A stretch of DNA of 64,000 nt from Macrostomum lignano (Eukaryota). The notes beneath the pieces are model-generated. The model did not search any database. It saw nothing but the letters and a program-made list of their open reading frames with translations, and was not told the origin of the DNA. The translations under genes and the position numbers were made by a program. Below are positions 20,134 through 38,600 of the stretch, one piece after another (positions within the stretch are counted from its first letter, which is position 1; each line of letters begins with the position of its first letter). The stretch lies in the NCBI GenBank assembly GCA_002269645.1, contig NIVC01001727.1, forward strand, positions 1-64,000, in the 5' to 3' direction.

Positions 20134-22139
20134 CAGCCACCCCAACCTCCGCCCGCCTGCCTCTTTCCCGATCTGGGCAAAGGGTGTAAATGGGTTTTAA
20201 AATGACTAACTTTCGGCTGCCATAGTTTGCTCCACGTGAAGCGATTGACTTCTAACTTAACACAATTCTTCTTTGATTCATTCTCTGTCTAAATGTAAAG
20301 TTTCAACTCTCTAACTCAATCAGAACAGAAACTGTAAGCATGTGAAGTTTGTCTGCTTTTTCTGTTGTTTGTGCCACTCACTCACTCATTCCCCAGAGCC
20401 AGACGAAGGGTCAGGCGATAGGGCTCAATGTACATAGCGAGTGTACAGTGTTTTGGAATAACTTTTTAATAGCCTTCTCTGTACCCGCGACTGCGATTAG
20501 AAAGGCGTGGAGAGGAGAGACAGTTTAGCGAGAGATTCAAACCACTGTCCTCTGTATAGACAAGTCTGCAGCAGTTTAACTGTGGATGGCAAATCAAGAG
20601 TCAAGACAATGGTGGGATGGTTTGTAAAAATAGCGAAAAATAAATGAATAACAACTGATTACAATGCAATTCTACTAAATCAGTTAGTTACAGCATGAAG
20701 CTTTCAACATTAAAATTCGCATAAGGTAACTTTAAAATTTAAATGGCTCCTAAGAAATGCGTATTTCCCTTGGTTGTTAGACTGCTGCAGAGTGCAGACT
20801 TTGGTGGTGGAGCTGGAGATACACAAATTTCTCTCAAGGGCTGCTAATTGGCCAGAAAGATGACGTGATTAAAGGATAAGAAATGATAACAGCCATGCGA
20901 GTACTACGTCCCACAATTCCACTAACTGGCTTTTGAAGCAGGGATTGGCAGATTTTTATCTCAAAGGCCAGATAAAGAATCCAGCCCATGGCTGTGCCTG
21001 CGGGCCAGATGAGAGTGAAAAGGAAAAGGAATAGACTATTAGATAGAAAGAGAGTAGGGGCGAGAGGGGGCGAAGAGAAACGATAGAAGATAACGCGAGA
21101 GACGAGGGGTTAAGGAGAGCCTGCAGAGAATATGAGCAGGAGAGGCAGCCACCCCAACCTCCGCCTCTCTCTCCCTTATCTGGCGAGATGTGGAAAAGGT
21201 TTTAAAATAGACTAACTTTCGGCTGTCATAAGTTTGCTCCACATGAAGCGATTGAATTCAAACTTGACACAATCCTTCATTGACTCATTCTCTATCTAAA
21301 TGTTAAGTTTCAACTCTGTATCCTAATTAGGACAGAAACTATAAGCATGTGAAGTTTGTCTGCTTTTTCTGTTGTTTGCCGCTCACCCAACTCATTCCCC
21401 CAGACGAAGGATCAGGCGATAGGGCTCAATGTACATAGCGAATGTACAGTGTTTTGGAATAACTTTTTAATAGCCTTCTCTGCACCCCCGCGAGTGGAGA
21501 GGCGTGGAGAGGAGAGAGTTTAGTGAGAGATTCAATTTCAAACCACTGTCCTCTGAATAGACAAGTCTGCAGCAGTTAAACAAGGATGGCAAATCAAGGC
21601 GATGTGGGATGGTTTGTAAAAATAGCGAAAAATTAATGAATAACTGATTACAATGCAATCCTACTAAATTAGTTACACCATCAAAATTTTAACATTAAGA
21701 TTCGCATAAGATAACTTTAAAATTTAAATGGCCTCCTAAGAAATGCGTATTTCCTTGGTTGTTAGACTGCTGCAGACTGTGGTGGTGGAGCTGGAGAATG
21801 GAGATACACAAATTCCTCTCAGGGCTGCTAATTGGCCAGAAAGATGACGTGATTAAAGCATGAGAAATTATAACAACCATGATAGTACTACGTCCCACGA
21901 GGGCCGGATTGCTATTGCGAAGTTTCAAAGGACCCGAGGGCCGGATTGCTATTGCGAAGTTTCAAAGGACCCGAGGGCCGGATTGCTATTGCGAAGTTTC
22001 AAAGGACCCGAGGGCCGGATTGCTATTGCGAAGTTTCAAAGGTCCCCATGATAGTACTTTCGAAGCAGGGATTGGCAGATTTTTATCTCAAAGGCCAGAT
22101 AAAGAATCCAGCTCATGGCTGCGGGCCAGATGAGAGTGA

Positions 22140-22150
<11 letters not shown>
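20134..22150. repeat. About 1 kb direct duplication (20134-21140 and 21144-22150)
   Basis: Both copies start CAGCCACCCCAACCTCCGCC and reach GCGGGCCAGATGAGAGTGAAAAGGAAAAG, with scattered substitutions and indels. Confidence 0.9.
21899..22044. repeat. 37 bp unit x4 GAGGGCCGGATTGCTATTGCGAAGTTTCAAAGGACCC
   Basis: Present only in the second 1-kb copy; bracketed by direct repeats CCATGATAGTACT. Confidence 0.9.
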
Positions 22151-23370
<1,220 letters not shown>

Positions 23371-26199
23371 TTTAAAGGATCCAAGGGACATAGGAGAGTC
23401 AGGGAGAGGCCAGAGTTTGCCAATACATGTTTTAGAGTCAGACAGACATTGCCTGGCATTCTGTGGAGTACCCCAGCAAACAATATCAATGTTTGCCTCA
23501 AACCCTAATTTTACACAAATGTGCTCCATTTTATGTCTACCTCTATCTTACTAACATTAATTTGTTTGTGTATGGCCTTAGATTTCAGAATACATGCAAA
23601 AGTAGTTCCGGGGATTGGAATTCCCCGGGTTCAAAATCCGCGGGTTTCAACAGCTTGTTTAAATTTAAAACTGAAATGCTTAGCTATTACGCCGGTTGTC
23701 ACATGTTTTTGCATTTTTCATTCCTAAATTCAAAATTAAGTGAATAGTATCATATGGTATTGTGCTTAATTAATGAAGAAATACTTGAAACATGTTTTAC
23801 TTTGTTAATTTCGGTAAAATATTTTCGCCTTTCATTTTCAAGTTACTAAAAATTTTCAAGTTTGATTCAAACAAACAACCAAAGAAAGAAATTTGTCTGT
23901 AGCCTCCACAAGTCCCTCCACTGGCCACTGCAGTACTTACACCATTTTATACAGTTCTATTTATTTTACTCTATTGAATTATTGATATTCGTTTATTTTA
24001 TCATTTATAATTTTATTTATTGATTGCCATTGCCCATTGGTCCTTCTACTTGCCTCACATCGTGTCGCCAATTCCTGTCTCTGTCTGTTAATCGGTTAAT
24101 CCAATGCCCAATGGCAAATTTCAGTAACAACAATGTGAAAAATGTGCAATGTGAAAAAAGCAGAAAATTTTGTTAATAACATGGGTAACGGAAGTGAGTA
24201 ACGGACAGTAACTTAAAAGTTACTGGGTTTTTGTCTAAAGTTACTAGGCTAACGTAAGTTACTTTTTAAAAATCAGTAACTTGTCGCCAAATTTGTGTGC
24301 ATCCTATACCATGATGGTCATAAGGAGTCCAAGGATTAGATGCTATGTGCTAAAAAAGATAGGCTTAGCCATATTTTTAATTTTTGAGTTAGTTTATTGT
24401 TGGTCACTTTGTCAACTAGCCAATCAGTACAGTATAAGAAAATCACAATATTGGGTCACTTTGTCAATTAGGCTAGCCATTAGCCTATTAGGCAATAGAA
24501 AAAAGTGCACATTTAATTATTTTTCAACTTAAATGAATGCTAAAGTGTAGGCCTATTTATTGTGATAAAAGACATTTAATAACAAAACTATTCAGTTTAG
24601 TTAAAATTATTAGGCCCTAGTTTTAGATCATTTGATCAAATCTCTAATCATTGCTTTTAGTGACTAGATGGCTAGACATCTACTTGTGCCAACTTTTATC
24701 ATGGCCCTAGGGCAGTTACATCAGGCCTAAGAGCTTTAATAAGTGTTAAGATTTTTCATTAACATTAATGGACTGCCATTAAGATTTTTTAAACTAATGG
24801 ATTAACAAATTTACATTAATAATTTTATAAGTTAATGACAAATTCATTGTTAACCTTATAATGGCAATGTCAATGACCAAAGTAGAGGTGTCGCAAGATC
24901 TTGACAAGACAATATTGGGTCAATGCAGCTTTGTTTGAAATCTTAGCCATCCCTGAGATAAAATAATTAAGATTTTACCTAAAAAGATCTCGATATTTTC
25001 CTTGTCATAAGAAATCTTGACTTTTATGGAAAATTTTGAGACAAGATTTAAGAAATTAAAAAAATTATGGATTGCTAAAAATGAAACTTTTGATTAAGAA
25101 AATATGTGAAAAGGCAAGTATTTTCTTCAAAACATCAAATACTATAAATACCTATGCTTTTTGTTTGAATATTTCAGCAAGACAATTTTTAAATGGATAA
25201 ATTCTGTGATAGGTATTTCTTGAGAAAGACTTTTTTTGTCTCAAATCTTGTCTCAGTCCAAATCTCAAAATATAATAGCTCTAGACCAAAGACAAAGAAA
25301 GACCAAAAATTTAAGTCTATAAAGAGGTTACAACATTACAAATATATTTGAATTTACCTTAATGCCTAATTAATCTCTTTGTAGAAATTATAGAAATGGC
25401 AGCTATGTCTGATAATGTAAGACCTTATATAGACCTATCTGCCTTATAAGCACACGCATACATGGTACTGTTGCTTTACATTTTAGCAATAAAAAGATTA
25501 CCATAATCTCCAATGAAATTGATCAAATTGACTCCATATTAAGGACACAGTCATCTTCCATATACTAAAAATGAAAATCTTGCTTGTATGCTTGTATGTA
25601 CGAAATCGATTATCTCCTGAATGGCTTGACCGATTTTCTTTGAACTTGCACTGTTCGATCAGAAATTTTTCTGTGACGGTATATGTGTCTTGGCTAAGAA
25701 ATTGCTAAATGCTAAAGGAATGAAATATTAGAAAAAACATGCTTTTTTGCAAAGGTCAAGCAAACTTTTTGACTTGAAATGCATTGTAAGAATGCTAGAG
25801 ACAAAACTGACTGGTTGAATTCTGATTCTGAAATAGATTGCATCATAACTAAATTGTAACTCCAACTTGAATTGCGTCACAGTATTGAAAATGCAGTGTG
25901 GAAGCGTAGCACCAGACTTGATTTAGATTGAGTAACCATATTGTTAACTGATACTGACTGACTGAGAAATTGATTATGTCATAACTGCTTCGTGTGATTT
26001 ACTCTATGCTTGGATTTTAAAGTGTTGAATTATATAAGTGCTAAATTTCATGTTATCAAAACGATGAGAGCTAGCCTACAGGTAAACAGACTGAACTGCC
26101 AAATGCAGCGACAATGGTTTGAATTTTCATAGAGTGGAATTTTTGAATTAAAGCTTTTTAATGTCAGGAAAACTAAAAGACTTTAAAAAAAAGCCTCAT

Positions 26200-29190
26200 G
26201 AAAAAATCATAGAAGCGTCATGTAAAAAATCATAGAAGCGTCATGTAAAAATCATAGAAGCGTCATGTAAAAATCATAGAAGCGTCATATAAAAAATCAT
26301 AGAAGCGTCATATAAAAAATCATAGAAGCGTAATGTAAAATATCATAAAAGCGTCATGTAAAAATTATAAAAACATCATGTAAAAATCATAGAAGTGTCA
26401 TGTAAACAATCATAGAAATGTCATACAAACAATCATAGAAGCCTCATAAAAAATCATAGAAGGGTCATGTAAACAATCAAAAGTGTCATATAAACAATCA
26501 AAGAAGTGTCATGTAACAAATCATAGAAGCGTAATGTAAAAATCATAGAAGCGTTATGTAAAGAATCATAGAAGCGTCATAAAAAGTCATAGAAGAGTCA
26601 TGTAAACAATCAAAGAAGCGTCACGAAAATATCATAGAGGCGTCATGTAAAAATGATAGAAGCATCGTATAAAATATCATATAAGTGTCATGTAAAAAAT
26701 CATAGAAGCGTCATATAAAATATCATAGAAGTGTCATGTAAAAAATCATAGAAGCGTCATATAAAATATCATAGAAGTGTCATGTAAAAATCATAGAAGT
26801 GTCATGTAAAAAATCATAGAAGCATCATGAAAAATATCATAGAAGCGTCATGTTAAAATCATAAAAGCGTAATGTAAAATATCATAGAAGCGTCATGTAA
26901 AAATTATAGAAACGTCATGTAAACAATCAAAGAAGTGTCATGTAACAAATCATAGAAGCGTCATGTAAAAATCATAGAAGTGTTATGTAAAGAATCATAG
27001 AAGCGTCATAAAAAGTCATAGAAGAGTCATGTAAACAATCAAAGAAGCGTCATGAAAATATCATAGAAGCGTCATTTAAAAATGATAGAAGCATCATATA
27101 AAATATCATATAAGCGTCATGTAAAAATCATAGAAGCGTCATGAAAAATATCATAGAAGCGTCATGTTAAAATCATAGAAGCATAATGTAAAATATCATA
27201 GAAGCGTCATGTAAAAATTATAGAAACGTCATGTAAAAATCATAGAAGTGTCATGTAAACAATCATAGAAGTGTCATATAAACAATCATAGAAGTGTCAT
27301 GTAAACAATCATAGAAACGTCATACAAACAATCATAGAAGCATCATAAAAATTCATAGAAGCGTCATGTAAACAATCATAGAAGTGTCATGTAAACAATC
27401 ATAGAAGTGTCATGTAAACAATCATAGAAGTGTCATGTAAACAATCATAGAAGTGTCATGTAAACAATCATAGAAATGTCATGTAAAGAATCATAGAAGC
27501 GTCATAAAAAGTCATAGAAGCGTCATAAAAAGGCATAGAAGAGTCATGTAAACAATTATAGAAGCGTCATGGAAAATATCATAAGAGCGTCATGTAAAAA
27601 TCATAGAAGCTTCATGTAAAAATCATAGAAGCGTCATGTAAACAATCATAGAAGCATCATGTAAAAATCATAGAAGCATCATTTAAAAATCATAGAAGTG
27701 TCATGTAAAAATCATAGAAGAGTCATGTAAACAATCATAGAAGCGTCATGTAAAAATCATAGAAACGTCATCAAAAAATTTTAGAAAAGTCATGTAAAAA
27801 TCATAGAAGTGTCATGTAAACAATCAAAGAAGTGTCATGTAAAAAATCATAGAAGCGTAATGTAAAAATCATAGAAGCATTATGTAGAGAATCATAGAAG
27901 CATCATAGAAAGTCATAGAAGAGTCATGTAAACAATCAAAGAAGCGTCAAGGAAAATATCATAGAAGCGTCATGTAAAAATCATAGAAGCGTCATATAAA
28001 GTATCATAGAAGCGTCATGTAAAAATCGTAGAAGTGTCATGTAAACAATCATAGAAGTGTCATGTAAACAATCATAGAAACGTCATGTAAAGAATCATAG
28101 AAGCGTCATAAAAAGTCATAGAAGCGTTATAAAAAGTCATAGAAGAGTCATGTAAACAATTATAGAGCGTCATTGAAAATATCATTGGAGCGTCATATAA
28201 AAATCATAGAAGCATCATGTAAAAATCATAGAAGCGTCATGTAAAAATCATAGAAGCGTCATGTAAAAATCATAGAAGCGTCATGTAAAAATCATAGAAG
28301 CATCATAAAAATTCATAGAAGTGTCATGTAAACAATCATAGAAGTGTCATGTAAAATATCATAGAAGTGTCATGTAAACAATCATAGAAACGTCATACAA
28401 ACAATCATAGAAGCATCATGTAAAAATCATAGAAGCGTCATGTTGAAAATCATAGAAGCGTAATGTAAAATATCATAGAAGCGTCATGTAAAAATTATAG
28501 AAAAGTCTTGTAAAAATCATAGAAATGTCATGTAAACAATCATAGAAATGTCATACAAACAATCATAGAAGCCTCATAAAATATCATAGAAGCGTCATGT
28601 AAACAATCATAGAAGCGTCATATAAGCAATCATAGAAGCGTCATATAAACAATCAAAGAAGTGTCATGTAACTAATTATAGAAGCGTAATGTAAAAATCA
28701 TAGAAGCGTTATGTAAAGAATCATAGAAGCGTCATAAAAAGTCATAGAAGAGTCATGTAAACAATCAAAGAAGTGTCATATAAAATATCATAAAAGCATC
28801 ATGTAAAAAATCATAGAAGCATCATGTAAAATATCATAGAAGCGTCATATAAAAATCATAGAAGTGTCATGTAACAAATCATAGAAGTGTTATGTAAAAA
28901 TCATAGAAGCGTAATGTAAAATATCTTAGAAGCGTCATGTAAAAATTATAGAAACATCATGTAAAAATCATAGAAATGTCATGTAAAAATCATAGAAGTG
29001 TCATGTAAACAATCATAGAAGAGTCATGTAAACAATCATAGAAGTGTCATGTAAACAATCAGAAGTCTCACATAAAAATCATAGATCTCTCATGTAAAGA
29101 ATCTTAGAAGTGTCATGAAAGAATTGTAGAGGCGTCATGGAATAATAAAAAAGTGTCAAGTCAAAAATAAAAGAAGCATCATGTAAAACT
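26200..29190. repeat. 22-23 bp AT-rich minisatellite ATCATAGAAGCGTCATGTAAAA, roughly 130 copies
   Basis: Read directly. Confidence 0.95.
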
Positions 29191-30240
29191 GTGCTGTGAC
29201 CCTTGAGGAGAATTTCTCTGATATCAAGGCTCATGGAGAAAAACTGAGATTTCTAAGATGTCAATCTAAAAGCCAGAAGCTACATGTAGTTTACTCAAAC
29301 TTTTTATTACATTCTTTGTTGGCTTGCCATGGGACCCGCTGATAGAAGAAGCATCATGTAAAAAAAGAGGGGAATAGCTGAGATGTCTAGACTTGCGACG
29401 GGAATAGCTGAGATGTCAATACTTGCGAGGGGAATAGCTGAGATGTCAAGACTTGCAAGGGGAATAGCTGAGATGTCAAGACTTGCAAGGGGAATAGCTG
29501 AGATGTCAAGACTTGCGAGGGGAATAGCTGAAATGTCAAGACTTGTGAGGGGAATAGCCGAGATGCCAAGACTCACAAGGGATTGCTGAGGTTATTGCAA
29601 AGAGAAACTGTAGTTTAAACATGTACAAGCATAGTTTATTCAAAATTAGAATAAAGCCTTGACAAAAAAGTGTCATGTCAGACATAAAAGAAGTGTCATT
29701 TAAAAAACGTCACATGAAACTGTGTGCTATGACTCTTGGGGAGAATTACTATTGATGTCAAAGCTTACAGGGGAATAGCTGCGATGTCAAGGCTCATGGG
29801 GGAATAACTGAGATGTTAAAGCTAAAGTCAGAAGCTAACATGTAGTTTATTCAAAACTTTTATTACATTTTTTGTTGGCTCCTCACAGGGGGGTGCGTCA
29901 CTAATAGAAAAAGCGTCATGTAAAAATAAAAGAAGCATCATGTCTAAGTTAAGAGATTCATTTGGATATCCCTACAATATCGAGGCTTGCAGGGAATCGC
30001 TATAATGCTGTAGTGCTATAATAACTCTTGGGGAGAATTACTGAACTGTCAATGCATTAGGGTTAGGGTTAAGGTAGAAGGTTAACAGATTTTTTAAGAT
30101 TTCAAGGCTTATGGGGGGAATTGCTGAGATGTCAAGGCTTACAAGGGACTGCTGAGGTATTGCAAAGAGATGCTATATGTAGTTTATTAAAAAACTTGTA
30201 TTGCATTTTTTGGCTCCCCAACGGGGGCGCTGATTGCTAG
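29190..30240. repeat. Composite repeat: 2-3 diverged copies of a block of a few hundred bp, plus 30 bp unit GGGGAATAGCTGAGATGTCAAGACTTGCAA x7-8 (29369-29590)
   Basis: Read directly; blocks carry remnants of the 22-bp unit. Confidence 0.8.
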
Positions 30241-31075
30241 TCTATATCTATGTCTTCAAGAGTGTAATTGGTTGCTTGGCATTGGCTCTACTGTGATATG
30301 AATTTTACTGTTAAGTATGGCAAAACTGAAATATTATATTATGGCTGTAGCCTTTAGGCCAAAACATTAGATATTTTGTCAAAGTAATAGGTACCAGTTT
30401 ACTTTTACTTTAGTTATTAAAATGGTAGGTCTTATTGTTATAGAGACTATAAATATTGGAATGGTTTTTTTATTTTTTGTAAACAATATCTAAAGCAAAT
30501 ATAAATTTATACTTGGCCCTATGCCTTATATAAATTAATTAGGCCTAACAAACTTGCAATACAAATAAAAAGGTATTAAATAATTAATTAATTAAATTTC
30601 AATTTATTGTTTCATATTATGAATCTTACTTTTCCATTTAAAAATGTCTTCATTTCTTAAATTTGGTTACAAAAAAGTAGGAATTTTTTAATTACTATAA
30701 AGTGCTATTTGTATGTTTTTTCTATGGTTTTTTACATTACAGTCTGTGATAATTTCTTGTCAAAAGGTTGGTCTTTTAAATACCTATAGTCTAGATCATG
30801 GGATGGCAGGTGTATGTCAGAATGAAGGTTGAAGTTTTTTATGCCAATGTAAAATAAAAGTTTTTATGCCCAACAAAGTTGCTTGTACATATGTAACTTT
30901 TTTAGAGAATATATTTTTTATACTTTTATATTTAATAATTTTGTTAAAAGTCAAAACATTTAACTTGTAAAAAACATAGAAGTTTTTGGGGTTCCTGCAT
31001 TTTTTCAAACAAGGAAAAGGCTAAATCCATACATACCCAACACCTGGTGGCAAGAAGTCTGGCCAATAAGGGTAA

Positions 31076-34216
<3,141 letters not shown>

Positions 34217-35621
34217 TAAGGGTAAACACTAAAATGAAATCTAATTTGAATCTGTTTGAATATAATGTGTTTATATTAATGTCTAGAAATCATGCTATAT
34301 TCAAAATATTGGTATCTAACCTAGAGCTCTTTAGTTTCTTTTTTATATCTCAGATGCTTGGAACTTTTTAAATTGAGATTTAATTGAAAAGCTTGATTAT
34401 GAGTAGTGCTCATGCATTTGTGTATGTTACATGGCCAAAGCAGGTTATTACCTCAAGAAAATCAAGGATGTATTATTCAAAGCCAAACTAGACAATTCAC
34501 TTTCATGAAGAGATAAATCCATGTACTAATCTAGCAAGTAAAAGATAGATTTGATGCAAAACACTAATGGCAGTTGAATTCAATTATATTAGTTTTCTAG
34601 TCAAGTGACAATAATTTCTAACTTAAGTTCAATATTGTCCTATATATAAATTTTAGTTAATCTACCAAAATGACCAAGTCAAGTGTAAATAGTGGTTGCA
34701 TAAGTCACTAAGCTAGAATGTTTGTCATGCAAAAAGTATATCTGGTAAGATAGCTCACTTGGCAAGTAGTAAGAAAAGGAAACAAAAAAATCAACATATG
34801 TTTAATGAATGATGCATTTTAATGAGTTGGTTCTAAATAAATATATATAATATCTGTGTAAATTGAATTGATAACTTATATATATATATGATTTTAGTCC
34901 AGAATTTAGCATATTAGATAGAAAGACAAGGTCTAAGGATAGGTAGTTTAGATTGCAACCAACTACCCAGAATGTGCAGCAATTGCCCCCCTCTTAGAAC
35001 ATGCAGAGAATTTGACCAGTGCCACCATGTTGAAGTTAAGTGTTAAGGCTAGGGGACAGATTTAATATATAGTGCTTCATGACTTGTATTGCTAGCTATG
35101 TTGGGCAGTAGTTAGTTGTGAAATTTTGTATTATGTAACCTATCGAACATTCTATCTTTATTGCTGACAAGTCAATGGCTATGCATGCTCTTTCTCTGTC
35201 ACTGACATGTCACTGCATTAGTGCGAGCTGCATTGGTGTATATATGTATATACAATTGAGCTTCAGTTTATGCTCCTAAAGTGGTATTTTCATTGCCAAA
35301 TAGTTGAGTCTGTAAAAGTAAATATTTGATTGTAAAATTTCTGACTTATGCTAGCTGTATTTGGACCCAGAGATATTGCTGCAGAGTTTAGATATTTTAA
35401 TTTAGCTACTAGTCATTATACTACTATGTACTTATCGATAACTCAGTAGTATGATACTGACACAACTCAATTTTTTAACTAAACCAATTTTACTAAATTG
35501 GTATTCCAGCTCAAGCGAGGCGCCACTCCGTCTCACTGCTTGTCAGGAGGCAGTCTGTTTGGCGCCTACTAATTATCTGCATACAATCCCACACACACAC
35601 TATCCAATCAAAACACGCACT

Positions 35622-38600
35622 ATGCAATCAGCTGTCAGTGCTGAGCAGTTGGCTATAGACGAACCGGCAACTCCTATAGAAGACGCAGACTTGCCCAGCA
35701 GTGAAGAGTCTGTGGATAATGCCGATCCAGCTGCTAAAGATGTAGATGAAGATGCCAATGAGGAGCATGAGGACACTGACAATGCTGCTGATGCTGATGA
35801 GTGCAAAGAGTCGCCCGAATGGCAGGTGAAAGCCTGTCCAGATTTTGCGGCAGCTTGCTCATTCCTTGGCCAGTTCGGATCGGACCTGGGCGTGACGCTG
35901 ACCTTCGCCCAGCTGGCGAAATGCGCGCTGTCGGGTCAGAATCCACAGTCCAAGCACCATCACTCGTCGCCCAGTAAAAGCTGGATTAATTTGCACGTTC
36001 GTTTATTAAATCGTTTGCGCTATTGCGTCAAAGAGGACAAATGGGAGAATGGCTTGCGCAAATTTTGCTCAGCAGTTGATGCGGATACAGCGTCAGCCAC
36101 CGCGGTTGCCTCAGCTCTTGGCGTTGTTGACGCAGCCGCCGCGGCGACAACGCCGCTGATGCTGTTGCTGGAGCCGGGCGGCTACGCCAGTCTGGGCTAT
36201 GCGGAACGGCTGCGCATCTTTCGCAGCCTGTTGGAGTGCCAGTTTGATAGAAATGTCAAGCTGAAAGCCAGAACTAACGCTATTAAAGCGGAGGAGCTCA
36301 GGCAGAAACCCATTGGCCAAGACATGGCCGGCTGTCAGTACTGGCTGCTCACCGACTCCGAGTACAGCGTGCTGCTCTATAAAGAGGATTCCGAAGCTGA
36401 CGACTCCGCTAGGCTGACTCTGGAAGCTGACAGTGTGGAAGCTATTCGACAGTTGTTGGTTCAGCTGCGATCTTGGACCGATCCGCGAGCTGTGCTGGAC
36501 ACTCTGAGAGCGTCGGCCTTGTCTGCCGCTCTCATCAGTGGCAGCGGCAGCAGCGGCAGCAGCAGCAAAGATGCCACGCCACCGCCGCAACCGCCACCAA
36601 AAGAGAATGGCGCAGCCGTGAGCAAACTTGAGACCGTGCCGGAGGATGTTAAAGAAGAGGAAGCTAAGCTGGAGCCTGAGCCAGAAACAGCTGAGCCCGT
36701 TGCTAACCAAGCCAAGCCTGAACCGGTTAAGTCTGAAGACAATAACGAAGAGAAGGTCGACGTGAAACTTGAAGAAGAAAATATCAAAGCGGAAGAAGAA
36801 TTGTCAACTCCAGTTAACAAGGGTCGCAAATGCAAAGCGGATTTATCTGTGGCTGATGAGGCCGAGCAGCCAGCTGCCGCCACTGACGATAGCGGGCTTC
36901 GTCGATCGTCGCGCGTGCGCAAGCAGGTGACGCCGTTTGTCATCCAGCAGGAGCCGGCCAGCGCTAAGAAGCGAGGCAAACTGGCAACCGCTGACAGCGG
37001 CGAAGATCAAGGCGACAGTGAGAAGACGGCTTCGCCAACTGCCAAAGCTTCTGCTAAACGGCAGAAACAGCAGCGAAAGTCCGACGGTACGAGCTACTGA
37101 ATGTGTCTGTTTTTGTAGATTTCTAATATTCTATTTTATTCAATCAGTGTAGCTTGAACTCAATTTGTAGCTTGAAACCCGTCATTCGTTTCACAAAGTC
37201 GCATTTGTCTGGGGTCTCTTATTTCATATTTTACCTGTGTTACCTGCAGCAGATTTTGGGCGCTACTTGGCCCAGGTACCGTTTTCAACGGGGAAGTTTT
37301 GAGGTCATGCAATTTGGAGCTTGTGCAATCATTATACTCTACTTCATAAGTAGTGCAGTACGCATATTTATACCATTTTCTCACCCTTCAACAGACAAGG
37401 CGCGCAAGCTCAAACTAGCCGCCAAGTCGCCGAGCAAAGCTAATAAAAAGCTCGCTAAAAAGCGGGCCAATAAGAAATTGGCCAAAGCCGCCGCCCACAA
37501 GAAGGCTAACGGTGTCGGCGTTGGCGCTAAAAAGCGACGCGGCGGCAATCCGTGGGAGCGCGGCGCCAGCAGCTCGGAGGAGGACGAAGAAGCCGAGGCG
37601 GATTTTATTCAGGCTTTGGACGCGGCCGATGAAGAGGAGGACGATGAAGGCGCGGATGCTGGAGCCATGTCTGACGACAGCTGGACTGACAGGCCAGAGT
37701 CCGACTTTGAGGTAGCTTTTTTGCTTGAAGTGTGAATCACTTGTATCCTGACTCTCAAGTCCTGAAGTTAGAAATCCAGATCTTCTTGCATATCCAAAGT
37801 GGGATTTCTACCGCAATCCCCAAGTAGGGAGTCCTCTAATCCTCAATTTGGGTTTTTCCCAGATACCCAAGTTATGGATTTCCACTCAAATCCTCAGATT
37901 GGGATTCCTGCTCAAATCCTCAGATAGGGGTTCCTGCTCAAATCCTCAGATTGGGATTCCTGCTCAAATCCTCAGATTGGGATTCCTGCTCAAATCCTCA
38001 GATTGGGATTCCTGCTCAAATCCTCAGATTGGGATTCCTGCTCAAATCCTCAGATTGGGATTCCTGCTCAAATCCTCAGATTGGGATTCCTGCTCAAATC
38101 CTCAGATTGGGATTCCTGCTCAAATCCTCAGATAGGGGTTCCTGCTCAAATCCTCAGATTGGAATTCCTGCTCAAATCCTCAGATTGGAATTCCTGCTCA
38201 AATCCTCAGATTGGGATTCCTGCTCAAATCCTCAGATTGGGATTCCTGCTCAAATCCTCAGATTGGGATTCCTGCTCAAATCCTCAGATTGGGATTCCTG
38301 CTCAAATCCTCAGATTGGGATTCCTGCTCAAATCCTCAGATTGGGATTCCTGCTCAAATCCTCAGATTGGGATTCCTGCTCAAATCCTCAGATTGGGATT
38401 CCTGCTCAAATCCTCAGATTGGGATTCCTGCTCAAATCCTCAGATTGGGATTCCTGCTCAAATCCTCAGATTGGGATTCCTGCTATATGGACGCCGGTGG
38501 CTGCAATTGTGGGATTTTTTGCTGATGTAGCTTGAAATCTCATTTATGTAGATAGAAATCCCAAGTATCCCATTGATGTAGCCTGACATCCCAAATATCC

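Noticed and set aside
30057-30074. TTAGGG TTAGGG TTAAGG telomere-like repeat
   Set aside because: Only two perfect units; expected by chance.
37848-38535. Repetitive ORFs (GFLLKSSDWDSCSNPQ...)
   Set aside because: Translation of the 26-bp intronic array.
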